Below are positions 39,665 to 41,751 of a stretch of 41,751 nucleotides of DNA, in pieces. The DNA is from Guillardia theta CCMP2712. Taxonomy: Eukaryota; Protista; Cryptophyta. Every line of letters starts with the position of its first letter. Positions within the stretch are counted from its first letter, which is position 1. The DNA lies in the NCBI RefSeq assembly GCF_000315625.1, contig NW_005434406.1, positions 1 through 41,751 of the forward strand. Reading direction: 5' to 3'. A model generated the notes under the pieces. It did no database searches. It saw only the letters and a program-made list of their open reading frames with translations, and was not told the DNA's origin. Made by a program: the position numbers and the translations under genes.

Positions 39665-41553
39665 GACGAAGACGATGTCTGGTTACAGAGGCGCTCTCAG
39701 CAGCCTGTGGTGGCGCCTTCTCTTCGTCATGGTAATCTCTCGATCCTTCTCCATCCACTCCTCCTCCTCCCTCCTGCTCGCGCTCTGACCCTCCTCCTCC
39801 TCCTCTCCCTCCTGTTTGCGCTCTGACCTTTCTCCTCCTCCTCTACTTGCCCTGCAGCTTGTATCCGATCGAGATCTGCAAGAACCGCCTGCAGGCAATG
39901 CAGGTCAGCGACGCAGTTGAGCGCATTGGAGCAAGAAACGATTGACATGATGTTATGAAGAAGAAGCAAAATCAATCCGAGCAGGAGAACGTGAAGAAGG
40001 TATACATGTGATGTGTTGATGGTGTTGGTTGTAGAGTGATGTTGATGTCATTGTATCATGGACGCGTTTTTCGTTGTAATGCTTCATAACATGTGGGAAT
40101 GTTGAAAAATTCCCACAGGAGGAAGAGGAGGAGCATCCGACGACAATGATCTCCGTAGCAAAGACTTGTAAGGAGAGGGAGGAGTGTTGGTCGTTGCTGA
40201 TTGCTCGCTCGACCAGGTACAAGAGCGAGGGTGTGCCTGGTTTCTACAAAGGTTTCCAGTACAGCGCTATCCAGGTTGACCTCTTGTGTGAAGGGGAGGA
40301 GGGAGGAGGGAGAAAACAAGGAGAGAGAGGTGGAGAAAGGAGAAGGAAAGTGAAGGGGAGGGGAGAGATGATAGACGGATCAAATGGGGAGCGAGGGAGC
40401 GAGGGCGAGGAGGAAGAGGGGTGGAGAAGGGACGAGGAGGACGAGGAGAAGCTAGAGGAGAGACGTTAGCGAGATAAGAAGATAGTTCGATGGTTGAGGA
40501 TGGGAGGAGGTTGTGGGGATCATAGAGGGAAGGGCAGGGAGGGAGCGAAGAGCAGAGAGCAGCAAGGAGGGAGGCGAAGTGAGCTTGCGGGTGAATTGAC
40601 GTTGCCTCAGTCTGCAACAGAGAAAGCGATCTATTTCTGGGGTTACACTTATATCCTCAAGGTCTGTAAGGACATTGTTGAACCTGATAGAGCCTACTGA
40701 GCGCTTCTTGTTTGTGCCCTTGAAAATCCTCTTTCTTCCCTTGGAAATCTTCTTTCTTCCCTTGAAACTCTTCTTTATTTCCTTGAAAATATTCTTTATT
40801 CCTTGAAAATCTTCTGTGTTCCCTTGAAAATCTTCTTTATTTCCTTGAAAGAATTCTTTATTCCCTTGGAAATCCTCTTTCTTCCCTTGAAAATCTTCTT
40901 TCTTCCCTTGAAAATATTCTTTCTTCCCTTGAAAATATTCTTTATTCCCTTGAAAATCCTCTGTATTCTCTTGAAAATCTTCTGTATTTTCTTCAAAATC
41001 TTGATTGATCCCAGAGCATCTCTTGCTTCCTTTGTAATCCTGTCTTTCGACTCTTATAATCTCCTTCCTTTGAAAGTTTCTTACTCCCTAATCTCTCTAA
41101 TCCTCTTTCTTCCCTTTCAAAACTTCTTACTTGCCCTCCCAGACTTGGAAGAAACTTTTCGGGGACGTCGGCACAGCCAGCAGCGTGTTGTGCGGGTAAT
41201 TTTACTTACTAAGCTTCATTGTTTTTGTTTTTCGCTCCCAGTTTTCCTCCTGTCATTGAACGGCTATCCGTTCTGCTTCTTCCTTCCTCCCCTTCCTCCC
41301 TCCCTCCCTCCCTCCCTCCCTCCCTCCCTCCCTCCCTTCCCTCCCTCCCTCCCTCCCTCCCTCTCTTCCCATCCTCCCTCTTCTTCTTACCTCTCCTCCT
41401 CTCCCTCCTACCTCCTCCCTCCTGATCTTTTACATCTCCTCTGCGTCCACACCTTCATTGCTGATCGCGTCACTTTGTTCCTCCAGCTGTCTTGCCGAAT
41501 GGGTTCACCTTCCAGTGACCCTCCCCATCGACGCGGTCACTGTTCGCATCCAG
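39105..41553 (+). CDS. SLC25 carrier, resembling peroxisomal adenine nucleotide carriers (PNC/Ant1/SLC25A17-like); continues beyond window
   Basis: Small exons 39105-39135, 39689-39731, 39858-39903, ~39961-39999, 40119-40167, 40217-40274, 40611-40661, 41143-41195 and 41487-41553. They assemble to MASNSTEAIEEALSAACGGAFSSSCLYPIEICKNRLQA...EGVPGFYKG..SAIQSATEKAIYFWGY...LPVTLPIDAVTVRIQ, with two Px[DE]xx[KR]-type carrier signatures. Not visible as a single ORF in the track. Confidence 0.8.
40716..41002. repeat. Intronic 21-bp minisatellite (~13 copies)
   Basis: Consensus CCCTTGAAAATCTTCTTTCTT; it produces the spurious PLKIFFL ORF repeat. Confidence 0.92.
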
Positions 41554-41751
41554 GTGAAGCAAAACTGTTGATGAGGAACTGTTGATGAAAGATGAAATAT
41601 GAAAGATGATGAAAGATATTCTCTATGAGAGTATGAGGCGAGTGTCTGATTGAATAGAAGTTCTCCCTATGATCATGAGATCGTTCTCATGAGAAGTTGA
41701 GAAATTTTGTTCATTTGATTCCCAAAATATTTGTTCTTGTGCTCCTCCTCC

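Noticed and set aside
40803-41585. 260-aa hydrophobic ORF with PLKIFFL repeats
   Set aside because: Read-through of an intronic minisatellite within the SLC25 gene.

Overview
Eukaryotic nuclear DNA with six N gaps, many short GT/GC-AG introns and abundant microsatellites. Gene content and style resemble cryptophyte algae such as Guillardia or Hanusia (inference). About 12 protein-coding loci are supportable: a partial hypothetical gene, a GT61/DUF563 glycosyltransferase, a head-to-head inverted pair of a Ser/Arg-rich ORF, a multi-exon HTH-repeat protein, an ATAD5/ELG1 clamp unloader with a Tudor-like insert, a TRPV-type channel, a tandem Zn2Cys6 regulator, an intronless LARGE/GT49-like glycosyltransferase, another hypothetical gene, a frameshifted acetamidase/formamidase and a peroxisomal-type SLC25 carrier. 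The standout is the TRPV-like gene (~21078 to >25573). After the ankyrin repeats, 6TM pore and TRP helix it carries an EF-hand-like segment and a nicotinamidase/isochorismatase-fold domain with an apparently degenerate active site. Nicotinamide is a known agonist of invertebrate TRPVs, so this is a candidate new channel-enzyme fusion. All exon models were read by eye and no database searches were run.
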